Source: an uncultured Candidatus Saccharibacteria bacterium (GTDB taxonomy: Bacteria > Patescibacteriota > Saccharimonadia > Saccharimonadales > Saccharimonadaceae). Taken from it: a stretch of 64,000 nt of DNA. Below are positions 9,460 to 18,813 of this stretch, piece after piece; the first letter of the stretch is position 1; every line of letters starts with the position of its first letter. The DNA lies in assembly GCA_947166295.1 (NCBI GenBank), contig CAMVDR010000002.1:31889-95888 (forward strand), in the 5' to 3' direction. Under the pieces are notes generated by a model that worked only from the letters and a program-made list of their open reading frames with translations, was not told where the DNA came from and searched no databases. The translations under genes were made by a program, and so were the position numbers.

Positions 9460-10512
9460 ATGAAACATATTCTTACAAAGTTCGCAACGGTTGCTTTTGT
9501 AGGACTCACGATTTTGTTTGGCGTAGCATTTTCGTTGACAAGTTCAACATATGCAGAAGATAATCAAGAGCAAGAAACGGAAGCTCAGAAACCAGGCACC
9601 AGTATTAGCATTTCGCCGGTAAGCAGGATTTTTCAGCTTAATGCTAGCTCTACCTACGAAGATGTACTCAAAGTTACAAACGATGGTAGCGATGTCATAA
9701 ATTTCGAGGTATATGCGGCGCCGTACTCTTATGTTTATTCGGAAGAGAATGATACTTATTCTTTGGGATTCAATAACGAAAACAACTATACTCAAATTAC
9801 TCGGTGGATCAGCATAAAAGGTCAGGATGGGAATTACGTAGCTAAGCCAACTTTCACGGCACAACCCGGCGAAACAGTTGAGGTATTCTATAAAATCACT
9901 ACCCCAGATAGCATCCCAGCTGGCGGGCAATACGCAGTGCTTTTCGCACATACGATATCTAACCCTGCGAGTGGTAGCGGCATCAAAACTGAGGCTAGCC
10001 CCGGCATGGTGATCTATGGTAGAGGAAACGGCGAAACAATCATCTCTGCCGAAATCTCTGACATCAAAGTTAGTCGCAATATCACCAAAGAAACTACGGC
10101 AGAAGAAAACGGCCAAACCGTACGTAAAAATACCGTGATAGACCATATCAATGCATCAGCAAAAGTAAAAAACACCGGAAATCTAGATTTTAATGCACGT
10201 GGTGTATTGAAAGTGGAGGGAATCCTAGGTGGAGCTTACTACGAAACGCCAGAAAACGAAGCCAGAATGTCTATTATTCCAGATGCAGAACTAGTGCTAT
10301 CTGACGAATGGGAAGAGACGCCAAACTTTGGCTTATATAAAGTTACCTGGACAGTTACGGCGGGGGAAGAGACCAAGACTGAAGAAATGGTAGTATTCTT
10401 GATCCCGCCATATGCAATCGTAATTACCATAATCTTGTTGACAATTATAATTGTGTGGATTATAATGGCAGTAAGGAAGCGTAAAGAGCGCCGTTCTAGA
10501 TTGGCTGTCTAG
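9460..10512 (+). CDS. Cell-surface protein resembling WxL-interacting (DUF916/DUF3324-like) proteins
   Basis: Signal peptide, ISISP, PAGGQYAVLF, VKNTGNLD, FGLYKV, C-terminal TM and basic tail. Confidence 0.6.
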   Translation: MKHILTKFATVAFVGLTILFGVAFSLTSSTYAEDNQEQETEAQKPGTSISISPVSRIFQLNASSTYEDVLKVTNDGSDVINFEVYAAPYSYVYSEENDTYSLGFNNENNYTQITRWISIKGQDGNYVAKPTFTAQPGETVEVFYKITTPDSIPAGGQYAVLFAHTISNPASGSGIKTEASPGMVIYGRGNGETIISAEISDIKVSRNITKETTAEENGQTVRKNTVIDHINASAKVKNTGNLDFNARGVLKVEGILGGAYYETPENEARMSIIPDAELVLSDEWEETPNFGLYKVTWTVTAGEETKTEEMVVFLIPPYAIVITIILLTIIIVWIIMAVRKRKERRSRLAV

Positions 10513-10563
10513 AAGCAACTTTACAAAACCAAAACAAACATCAAAAATAAAAGAGTGTAAAGT

Positions 10564-11493
10564 ATGAAAAAAACAAAAAAGCGGGTTCTTGGTTTACTGG
10601 GGTTAGTCCTAGTGATCATCACAACAATTTTTGCAGCTTTTTTGCCGGGCCCAGAAGCATCGGCAGAAGGCGGCATAACTTCCGTGACGGATACTATTTC
10701 CGTGCGAGTGGTCGGAAGCGTGCCGGATATTCTGAATGTAAAACCAATCAACGGCTCTGTTTTTATTTATCCAGACCAGGACTTGAGCTTTGATTACGAG
10801 AACGTCGAATATCTCACCATCACCATACGCTACACTGATAAAGACGACGTAGAACATATTATTCCGCTCCTAGAAAAAGACGATCCGGAAAGCTTTGTGG
10901 ACTATATCCCTGGATCGTATTCTACACCGCTTGACCTACTCGCCGAAGATTATGGCTATGGCGAATATCGCGTAGAGATAGTTGGGATCGGGTTTAATGA
11001 TGTGAAAGATTTTGAGACGGTAGAATTTGCATTATATCCGGTGATAGGAGAGGCTAGCGAAGCTGATGACGGTAAAGTTTACTTGGATTTGCAATACGAT
11101 ACCGAAAATGAAAATATTAATACGATTGGGATTAACATTTATGATGAAAATGGTAATTTGGTAAATGTACTTTCGCCTATCACCGTGAATACTCCTGATA
11201 TGCGCGTGGAGCTACCGTTTGCCGAAAATAATCTACCTACAGGAAACTACAGAATTGAAATTACAGCCTACAATGTGGAGGGCGACGCACTCTATAAACC
11301 GTATGTAACTTATTATTACTACGAGATGATACCTGTACCTAACACTGGTACGTTATTTAGCAATTTGAATATTTCAAGAACTGATTATTTAGTGACTGGA
11401 TTAATAATATTCTTTTTGGCAGCGATACTCGGAATAATATTTATAGTAAAAGGCAGAAGCAACAAATCACGGTTAAACAAAAAACGTCGGTAA
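10564..11493 (+). CDS. Secreted acidic Ig-like protein with C-terminal VPNTG + TM + basic tail
   Basis: Signal peptide; IPVPNTG followed by a hydrophobic helix and KSRLNKKRR. Confidence 0.65.
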   Translation: MKKTKKRVLGLLGLVLVIITTIFAAFLPGPEASAEGGITSVTDTISVRVVGSVPDILNVKPINGSVFIYPDQDLSFDYENVEYLTITIRYTDKDDVEHIIPLLEKDDPESFVDYIPGSYSTPLDLLAEDYGYGEYRVEIVGIGFNDVKDFETVEFALYPVIGEASEADDGKVYLDLQYDTENENINTIGINIYDENGNLVNVLSPITVNTPDMRVELPFAENNLPTGNYRIEITAYNVEGDALYKPYVTYYYYEMIPVPNTGTLFSNLNISRTDYLVTGLIIFFLAAILGIIFIVKGRSNKSRLNKKRR

Positions 11494-11652
11494 ACGGCCT
11501 GGCATGGGCGCTTATAACTGCGAGGGCGCCCATGCTGGGGATGTAGAACTTTCTTTGAGAAAAGCCCCAACAAAAAAACTTAGCTTGAAAAAACGAGCTG
11601 AAAGTGGAATTCAACTCGTTTTTTTGATTAATGGCGAATATTTTTGTTAGAA

Positions 11653-12000
11653 TTATTCAGCAGTGATAGCTTTTTCTTCTGCTTTAGCCTTTTTCTCGGC
11701 TTCTTTGGCGGCCTTTTTGGCTTTGTTTTCCAAAGCTTCCTTCATCTTGGCAGCCTTCGCAGCACGAGCCTTGAAACGGTCTACGCGACCTTCGGTATCG
11801 ATAATCTTTTCTTCACCAGTGAAGAATGGGTGAGAAGCAGAAGAGATCTGAACCTTAACTAGTGGATATTCATTACCATCTTCCCATTTGATGGTTTCTT
11901 CGCTTTTCGCAGTAGATTTGGTTAAAAACGAAAAGCCAGCGGCTTCGTCTGAAAAGACGACATCGCGATAATCTTTAGGGTGTAACTCTGTTTTACTCAT
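11653..12000 (-). CDS. rpmE2: 50S ribosomal protein L31 type B with Ala/Lys-rich tail
   Basis: [33 protein letters not shown]; no Zn-binding cysteines. Confidence 0.93.
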   Translation of the reverse strand: MSKTELHPKDYRDVVFSDEAAGFSFLTKSTAKSEETIKWEDGNEYPLVKVQISSASHPFFTGEEKIIDTEGRVDRFKARAAKAAKMKEALENKAKKAAKEAEKKAKAEEKAITAE

Positions 12001-12079
12001 AATTAGATTGATTATACCAGAGATTGACTTTTTTGTAAAGGTGTGATATAATGAAAAGGTATATTAATTTAACGAAACA

Positions 12080-12125
12080 GATTATGGGAGGTTTCCTGGG
12101 GTAGGTTACCCTGAGCTCCATAGTC
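12080..12125 (+). promoter_or_regulatory. Hairpin in the rpsB 5' leader (possible autogenous control element)
   Basis: GATTATGGGAG...CTCCATAGTC stem between a promoter and the rpsB SD. Confidence 0.4.
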
Positions 12126-12145
12126 AAAGGAAAGGAAATCATATT

Positions 12146-12832
12146 ATGGCAGTAAATGTCGATATGAAGGCTTTACTCGAGGCTGGTGCTCATTTTGGGC
12201 ACAAAACGAGTCGTTGGCACCCTAAAATGGCGCCCTATATTCACTCTAAGCGCCAAAATGCGCATATTATCAACCTAGAGAAGACCGTGGAAGGTCTAGA
12301 GGTGGCTTTGCCAAAAATCACTGAAATCGCCAAGAGTGGCAAAAAAGTATTATTTGTAGGCACCAAGAAACAGATGAAAGATGCCGTAAAAGAGGCGGCA
12401 GAATCTGTAGAGATGCCATATGTAACCGTGCGTTGGGTCGGCGGTACACTCACCAACGTAGCTACGGTAAATCGCCAAATCAAAAAATTGAAAGATTTAG
12501 AACGTCGGATGGCTTCTGGTGAGCTTGAAAACCGCTATTCCAAACTAGAGGTTCAGAGATTTCAAGAAGAAATTGATCTACTAAATGAACGCTATGGCGG
12601 CATCAAGGATATGACCGAACAGCCAGCAGCGGTAATCGTAATTGACGCGATCGAGGACAAGAACGCTATCAAAGAAGCTAAAGTACTAGGTATTCCGGTA
12701 TTCGCAATCACGGATACCAATGTGGATCCATCCAATATTGATTACGTAATCCCGGCAAACGACGACGCAATCAAGGCTACTAAACTAATTCTTGATTATT
12801 TCGTAGAAGCAATCAAAGAAGGTAAAAAATAA
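12146..12832 (+). CDS. rpsB: 30S ribosomal protein S2
   Basis: LLEAGAHFGH, WHPKMAPYI, RWVGGTLTN, DTNVDP, IPANDDA. Confidence 0.98.
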   Translation: MAVNVDMKALLEAGAHFGHKTSRWHPKMAPYIHSKRQNAHIINLEKTVEGLEVALPKITEIAKSGKKVLFVGTKKQMKDAVKEAAESVEMPYVTVRWVGGTLTNVATVNRQIKKLKDLERRMASGELENRYSKLEVQRFQEEIDLLNERYGGIKDMTEQPAAVIVIDAIEDKNAIKEAKVLGIPVFAITDTNVDPSNIDYVIPANDDAIKATKLILDYFVEAIKEGKK

Positions 12833-12865
12833 CTTGCGTAAAATTAATTTAAGGAGGCAAAAACT

Positions 12866-13456
12866 ATGGCTGAAATTTCAGTTGAACAAATTAAAAAATT
12901 AAAAGAGCTTTCTGGCGCAGGGCTAACCGATGCAAAGAAAGCTTTGGTGGAAGCCGATGGTGATTTTGACAAAGCTCTTGAAGCGATGCGCAAAAAAGGT
13001 CTCACCAAGGCTGAGAAACGTGGCGACCGCGAAACTCGCGAAGGTTTAGTGGATAGCTATATTCACGATGGCCGTCTTGGAGCTATTGTAGAAGTAAACT
13101 GCGAAACTTCTTTTGTGGCCAAGACTGATGAGTTTAAGACTTTGGCCCACCAAATCGCCATGCAAGTAGCTTCGATGGCACCACTTTACGTATCTGAAGA
13201 GGATATTCCTGCCGAAGTACGTGAAGCTAAGATTAAAGAACTTGAAGCTAATTTCAAAGGCCCAGAAAATATGAAAGAGAAAATCTTGGAAGGCCAAGTG
13301 AAAAAAGCTTTTTCTGACAAAGTTTTGATGAATCAACCATATATCCTAGACGATTCTAAGACGGTAGAACAATTCATCAAGGAAGCTATCGCTAAAACTG
13401 GTGAAAATATCACCGTACGCCAATTCAAGCGCATCGAACTTGGCGTAACCGAATAG
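12866..13456 (+). CDS. tsf: Elongation factor Ts (short form)
   Basis: DAKKAL, VEVNCETSFVAK, GENITVRQF; follows rpsB. Confidence 0.96.
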   Translation: MAEISVEQIKKLKELSGAGLTDAKKALVEADGDFDKALEAMRKKGLTKAEKRGDRETREGLVDSYIHDGRLGAIVEVNCETSFVAKTDEFKTLAHQIAMQVASMAPLYVSEEDIPAEVREAKIKELEANFKGPENMKEKILEGQVKKAFSDKVLMNQPYILDDSKTVEQFIKEAIAKTGENITVRQFKRIELGVTE

Positions 13457-13457
13457 A

Positions 13458-13483
13458 AAAAATAGCCCTGCGGGGCTATTTTT
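13458..13483. terminator. Intrinsic terminator after tsf
   Basis: AAAAATAGCCC-TGC-GGGGCTATTTTT inverted repeat. Confidence 0.8.
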
Positions 13484-13514
13484 GATATAATGAAAATATA
13501 AATAAGGAGTTATT

Positions 13515-14060
13515 ATGTTTGATATAGCAGAGGATCGCAAAAAAATGGAAGCGGTGATTGAGCGTTTTAAAAACGAAATGAAAAAAGTACGCACTGGGCG
13601 CGCACACCCAGATATGCTCTCTGGAGTTAAGGTGGAAGTTTATGGGCAATACATGCCACTTAACCAGGTGGCAAATATCACAGCAGCCGATGCTACGCTT
13701 CTAGTCATTACTCCGTTCGACCCATCTAATATTCAAGCAATAGCATCCGCAATACGGGCGGATCAGAGTCTGGGATTAAACCCAGCTGATGACGGCCGAA
13801 TTATCCGCGTACCGATTCCGGCACTCACCGAAGAGCGCCGCAAGGAAATTGTCAAAAATGCTTCCGCCAAGGTAGAAGAAGCAAAAGTAGCAATCCGCAA
13901 TGCGCGCGAGGATGCTCGTAAGGCAATTAAAAATGCTGAGGACATGAGCGAAGACATCAAAAAACGTGCCGAAAAAGAGATTGACGACCTAACCAAAGAA
14001 TTTAATGACAAGATTGAAGCCGAATTTAAGGCTAAATCTGAAGAAATAATGAAGATATAA
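13515..14060 (+). CDS. frr: Ribosome recycling factor
   Basis: VRTGRAHP, LGLNP, PALTEERRKE, KVAIRNAR. Confidence 0.97.
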   Translation: MFDIAEDRKKMEAVIERFKNEMKKVRTGRAHPDMLSGVKVEVYGQYMPLNQVANITAADATLLVITPFDPSNIQAIASAIRADQSLGLNPADDGRIIRVPIPALTEERRKEIVKNASAKVEEAKVAIRNAREDARKAIKNAEDMSEDIKKRAEKEIDDLTKEFNDKIEAEFKAKSEEIMKI

Positions 14061-14092
14061 TTCTATTATATCATACTTTGGAGATTTTGTCA

Positions 14093-14764
14093 ATGGAATT
14101 ACAACATTTGGGGATTATCGCGGACGGAAACCGCAGGTGGGCAAAAGAAAATGGCTTACCTAAGATAGAAGGACATAAAAAAGGACTCAAAACTATTGAG
14201 GAGTTAGTGGGTGCCGCGGCGATGGCCGGAATACCATACATAACATTTTACGTTTTTAGTACTGAAAACTGGGGACGGGAAGAAGCGGAAGTTAACTATA
14301 TTATGAAATTGGCCGAAACCAAAATCATAAAGATGGCCGAGAAAATGGCAGCAAACAATATAAAGCTCCTTATTCTTGGCACACGTGGCAAAGTTAACCC
14401 AACTTTAACGTCTTTGGCTGAAAAGGCCGAGAAGATTACCGCGGATTGTACCGGAACTACGGTATGTTTCTGTTTTAACTATGGCGGCGAGCAGGAAATT
14501 GCTGATGCAGCAAACATCGCAGTGGAAGCAGACGGCGAGATTACGCCGGCAACTATCCGCAAGCATCTATATCATCCAGAAGTGCCAGATTTAGATATGG
14601 TGGTGCGCACCAGCGGAGAGGAGCGGCTTTCTGGGTTTATGCTATGGCGGGCAGCGTATGCAGAGTTCTTATTCCTTGAAAAATATTTCCCAGAAATGGA
14701 AGCCAATGACATTAAAATGATTATAAATGAATACAATAGTCGCAATAGACGATTTGGTAAATAG
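14093..14764 (+). CDS. uppS: Undecaprenyl/polyprenyl diphosphate synthase
   Basis: HLGIIADGNRRWA, FSTENW, RTSGEERLSGFMLW, RRFG. Confidence 0.95.
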   Translation: MELQHLGIIADGNRRWAKENGLPKIEGHKKGLKTIEELVGAAAMAGIPYITFYVFSTENWGREEAEVNYIMKLAETKIIKMAEKMAANNIKLLILGTRGKVNPTLTSLAEKAEKITADCTGTTVCFCFNYGGEQEIADAANIAVEADGEITPATIRKHLYHPEVPDLDMVVRTSGEERLSGFMLWRAAYAEFLFLEKYFPEMEANDIKMIINEYNSRNRRFGK

Positions 14765-14779
14765 TGATATAATAGGCTT

Positions 14780-16045
14780 ATGGATATATTAGTAGGTGTG
14801 ATTGTAGGGCTCTTGGTGCTGATGTTTTTGGTAACAGCACACGAGTTTGGGCATTTTATTGCGGCACGACGCAACGGCGTAAACGTGCTAGAATTCGGGA
14901 TTGGTTTTCCGCCGCGAGCGATAGCCTGGGTAAAAGACCCTAAGACCGGTAAATGGCGCAGACTGCCACGCAAAGAATGGACAAAAGAAAAAGCCACAAA
15001 AGTAGTTATTTCAGATGGCAATAAAGATTTTGCCCAGAAAGGCATGATTTTTAGCCTGAACTGGCTACCAATTGGCGGTTTTTGTCAAATGGATGGTGAG
15101 TCCGCAGCTGACACGCGTGCTGGGACTTTTGGCAAGGCTGGGTTCTGGGCAAAAACCAAAATTCTGTTTGCCGGCGTCGCAATGAACTGGCTGGTGGCAA
15201 TTATTATCTTTACAATATTAGCCTGGACGGGCATGCCGGAATTTTTGGATGGACAATTCACGGTGGCGAATGACACACGTACGGATGCTACCCCAGTGCA
15301 GATTACATCTGTGGCCGAAAATTCACCAGCCGCGAAAGCAGGATTGGCGGCAAATGATTATATAGTGGCCGTAAATGGAACAGAGGTAAGATATGCTAGC
15401 GAGATCACCGATATCAATACTGAGCATGCCGGAGAAGAGGTGTCATATAAAATTCTCCGTAAGGGCGCCGAGGATTGCAATTGTGATAAAGATCTGAATC
15501 TTAAGGTTACTTTAAACCCCGCAGATAGCGAATATTTGCTTGGCGTGACTATGGCAAGCTCACAATCTTTGTCTTATTCTACTTGGTCTGCGCCAATTGT
15601 AGGCATAGGCCTAACTGCGCAGCTGACTGGCGAAACCTACAAGGGGATTGGGATTATGATTGGAAACCTGGTATCCGGAACAGCACGATTATTTAGTCCT
15701 AACTCAGAGGTGCGCGAGGAAGGGCAAGAAGCGCTGAGCGAAGTAAAAGATTCCGTATCGGGGCCAGTGGGGATTATTGGCGTGCTGTTCCCAGCGTTTA
15801 CTTCTGCCGGGCCCACCAATTTGGCGTTTCTAGCAGCACTGATATCGGTATCCTTGGCTTGTATGAATGTCTTACCGATACCTGCCCTAGATGGTGGGCG
15901 TTGGCTGCTAATTGCAATTTATAAATTACGCAAGAAAAAACTCACCAAAGAGACTGAAGAAAAAATCGTTTCACGCGCATTTATTGTGCTACTCGCATTG
16001 ATTTTCATTGTAACAATTTTGGATATTATTAGGATAGCGCAGTAA
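14780..16045 (+). CDS. rseP: RIP metalloprotease RseP (M50 with PDZ)
   Basis: HEFGH, PDZ segment SPAAKAGL, NVLPIPALDGG. Confidence 0.92.
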   Translation: MDILVGVIVGLLVLMFLVTAHEFGHFIAARRNGVNVLEFGIGFPPRAIAWVKDPKTGKWRRLPRKEWTKEKATKVVISDGNKDFAQKGMIFSLNWLPIGGFCQMDGESAADTRAGTFGKAGFWAKTKILFAGVAMNWLVAIIIFTILAWTGMPEFLDGQFTVANDTRTDATPVQITSVAENSPAAKAGLAANDYIVAVNGTEVRYASEITDINTEHAGEEVSYKILRKGAEDCNCDKDLNLKVTLNPADSEYLLGVTMASSQSLSYSTWSAPIVGIGLTAQLTGETYKGIGIMIGNLVSGTARLFSPNSEVREEGQEALSEVKDSVSGPVGIIGVLFPAFTSAGPTNLAFLAALISVSLACMNVLPIPALDGGRWLLIAIYKLRKKKLTKETEEKIVSRAFIVLLALIFIVTILDIIRIAQ

Positions 16046-16887
16046 TGATGAATAAAAAAGCATCGCTGAAGCAAGCGCGTAACAAAGTTCCGCAAAAACA
16101 GAGGTGGAGAGTGATTTTGAAAGCTCTGTTGCTATTGGTATGGGTAGCGGCAGCGGTAATCGCGGCGCAACTTATTGTGGGGTACTTGATGCTATGGATT
16201 TTAGGACGTGAAACCTTCACCCAACCAGTACCGACAGCAATCTACTCGGCGCTATCTTATATATTGGCATTGTTATGGATTATTTTTATAACACCAAAAA
16301 TCACTGTAAAACTCAAGATTGAAAACGAACTAAAGAGCAGTAAGCAAAAGTTAGATAGTAAAATTTCGCCAAAAGCAATAGGCAGAGATGATTTGGGGCT
16401 ACGCGGTACGCCTACCTGGACAGATATTGGCTTGGCGCCGGTGGGCTTTATTATTTCTACGCTCCTAGCAGCTGGGCTAGTAGCAATCTTTAATTTATTT
16501 CCATGGTTTGATGCCGAACAGACTCAAGAAGTAGGTTTTAGCGTGTATCTAGCGGGGATAGATCGGGTGGTGGCCTTTATTATATTGGTAGTGGTAGCGC
16601 CAATCGCCGAGGAATTGATTTTTCGTGGCTGGCTGTACGGGAAATTGCGCCCGATGCTTTCTGTCAGGATGTCCGACCGCGCGTCGATGCTGATTTCTAT
16701 ATTCCTGGTGTCGTTACTTTTTGGCATTGTGCATTTACAGTGGAATGTAGGGGTGAATGTATTTGCAATGTCTATAGTATTATGTGGGCTGCGTGAAATT
16801 ACTGGTACCGTATATGCTGGTATTTTGACCCACATGATAAAGAACGGCGTAGCGTTTTACCTACTGTATATTTTAGGTATAGGGTAA
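16045..16887 (+). CDS. CPBP (Abi/CAAX) family intramembrane protease
   Basis: APIAEELIFRG, FGIVH, THMIKN motifs; multiple TM helices. Confidence 0.88.
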   Translation: MMNKKASLKQARNKVPQKQRWRVILKALLLLVWVAAAVIAAQLIVGYLMLWILGRETFTQPVPTAIYSALSYILALLWIIFITPKITVKLKIENELKSSKQKLDSKISPKAIGRDDLGLRGTPTWTDIGLAPVGFIISTLLAAGLVAIFNLFPWFDAEQTQEVGFSVYLAGIDRVVAFIILVVVAPIAEELIFRGWLYGKLRPMLSVRMSDRASMLISIFLVSLLFGIVHLQWNVGVNVFAMSIVLCGLREITGTVYAGILTHMIKNGVAFYLLYILGIG

Positions 16888-16987
16888 CAAAAAGACCCAC
16901 GGCAAGTGGGTATACTTTTATTATATCATAAGTACGTTGAAATGTCAATACTACCCCTGTTATATTGAGCGTGGTATAATGAGGGGT

Positions 16988-18214
16988 ATGAGATTTTCGA
17001 AAACTTTTACCAAGACTTTACGCACGGCGCCAAAGGATGAAACCGCCAAAAATGGCGCACTTCTTGCCCGTGCAGGTTATATTCATAAAGAGATGGCCGG
17101 GGTGTATGATTATTTGCCACTGGGACTTCGCGTAATTGAAAATATTAAACGCGTAATTCGCGAGGAATTGAACAAGCTCGGCTGTGAAGAGGTACAGATG
17201 TCTGCCTTGCAGAATCCAGAGCCATGGGAGAAAACTGGCAGATTTTCAGACCAAGAAGTAGATATTTGGTTTAAAACTAATCTATCTAGTGGCGGAGAAT
17301 TGGGTTTAGCACCAACACACGAAGAGCCGATCACTAATATGTTAAAATCTTATATCTCTAGCTATAAAGATTTGCCGCTCTATGTATATCAATTTCAGAC
17401 GAAGTTCCGCAATGAGCTTAGGGCGAAATCTGGGATTTTGCGTGGACGTGAGTTCTTGATGAAAGATCTGTATAGCTTCCATACTTCCGAGGAAGATTTA
17501 GATAGATTTTACGCGGAGGTAGAGAAGGCCTATGGGCGAATTTTTGCTAGGCTAGGCATTGGTGAAGATACATATGAAACATTTGCGAGTGGCGGAATCT
17601 TTGCCAAATATTCACACGAATTTCAGACCATATTGCCGGTGGGAGAAGATACAATTTATTATAATACCGACAAGTCAGTAGTACTAAACAAAGAGGTCTA
17701 CAACGACGAAGTGTTAGAGGATTTGGGCGCTACTGGTGAAAAGTTTGAAGAAACTACCGCTGCAGAGGTGGGGAATATATTTAAGCTGAAGTTTAAATAC
17801 TCTGAGCCGCTAGAGTTAAAATATATAGATGAAGAAAACAAACAGCAGACCGTATATATGGGCTGCTATGGCATAGGTGTATCGCGTGTGATGGGGGTAA
17901 TAGCGGAAAAATTTGCGGATAATAAGGGTTTGGTCTGGCCAGAAGAAGTAGCACCATACAAATACTACTTGGTAGGAATTGGCGAGAATGGCATGGCGGA
18001 GGCGGAGAAGTTTTACGTAGGGCGTGAAGATACGACGCTATTTGACGATCGCAAAGCTCGCCCCGGTGAAAAATTTGCTGACGCAGAACTGATAGGATTG
18101 CCGTATCGCATTGTGATATCCGATAAAACTCTAGCGGAAGATGCCGCAGAAGTAACAGATCGGCGCACTGGTGAAAGCCAGATGGTAAAATTGGCGGATT
18201 TAGCAAAATTTTAG
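16988..18214 (+). CDS. proS: Proline--tRNA ligase (short form)
   Basis: LAPTHEE, FRNELRAKSGILRGREFLMKD, MGCYGIGVSR, GEKFADAELIG. Confidence 0.95.
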   Translation: MRFSKTFTKTLRTAPKDETAKNGALLARAGYIHKEMAGVYDYLPLGLRVIENIKRVIREELNKLGCEEVQMSALQNPEPWEKTGRFSDQEVDIWFKTNLSSGGELGLAPTHEEPITNMLKSYISSYKDLPLYVYQFQTKFRNELRAKSGILRGREFLMKDLYSFHTSEEDLDRFYAEVEKAYGRIFARLGIGEDTYETFASGGIFAKYSHEFQTILPVGEDTIYYNTDKSVVLNKEVYNDEVLEDLGATGEKFEETTAAEVGNIFKLKFKYSEPLELKYIDEENKQQTVYMGCYGIGVSRVMGVIAEKFADNKGLVWPEEVAPYKYYLVGIGENGMAEAEKFYVGREDTTLFDDRKARPGEKFADAELIGLPYRIVISDKTLAEDAAEVTDRRTGESQMVKLADLAKF

Positions 18215-18282
18215 CCAAAAAGGGTTGAATTAGTAAGCGTTTTCTGGTAGACTGGATAGCAGATTGTAAAGTGGGAGTAAAA

Positions 18283-18729
18283 ATGATTAAGAAAAGTGTG
18301 AATTTGACCGCCGAAGGTAAAAAGGATTTAGAAAAAGAATTAGATGAATTAATTAAGAACCGGCCGGCAATTGCAGAACGGATTGCTACGGCGCGGGCTT
18401 TTGGAGATTTGTCCGAGAACGAAGAATATAGCTCGGCGCGTAACGAGCAAAAAGTAGCCGAAGGGCGAATTCTGGAAATTCAAGATATCTTGAAAAATGC
18501 TAAGATTATTCGTGGCGGCAAGAAAGACAAAGTAGGTCTAGGTGTCACCGTAGTGCTAGACATGGACGGCCGCAAAGTAGAATATGCCCTAGTAGGGCCC
18601 ACCGAAGCAAATCCGCTTGAAGGTAAAATCTCTAACGAATCACCAATTGGGAAAGTGATTTTTGGGCATAAGGCTGGCGAAGAGCTAGAATTTAACGGTA
18701 AAAAAATTAAAATCGTAGAAATAAAGTAA
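18283..18729 (+). CDS. greA: Transcription elongation factor GreA
   Basis: AFGDLSENEEY, ISNESPIG. Confidence 0.96.
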   Translation: MIKKSVNLTAEGKKDLEKELDELIKNRPAIAERIATARAFGDLSENEEYSSARNEQKVAEGRILEIQDILKNAKIIRGGKKDKVGLGVTVVLDMDGRKVEYALVGPTEANPLEGKISNESPIGKVIFGHKAGEELEFNGKKIKIVEIK

Positions 18730-18813
18730 ATATTTTATGAGCGGCTTTTTCTGTATAGATATAGGTCGCTTTTTTATTTTTCTTTCTCTGTAAGATATGG
18801 TATAATATATACT

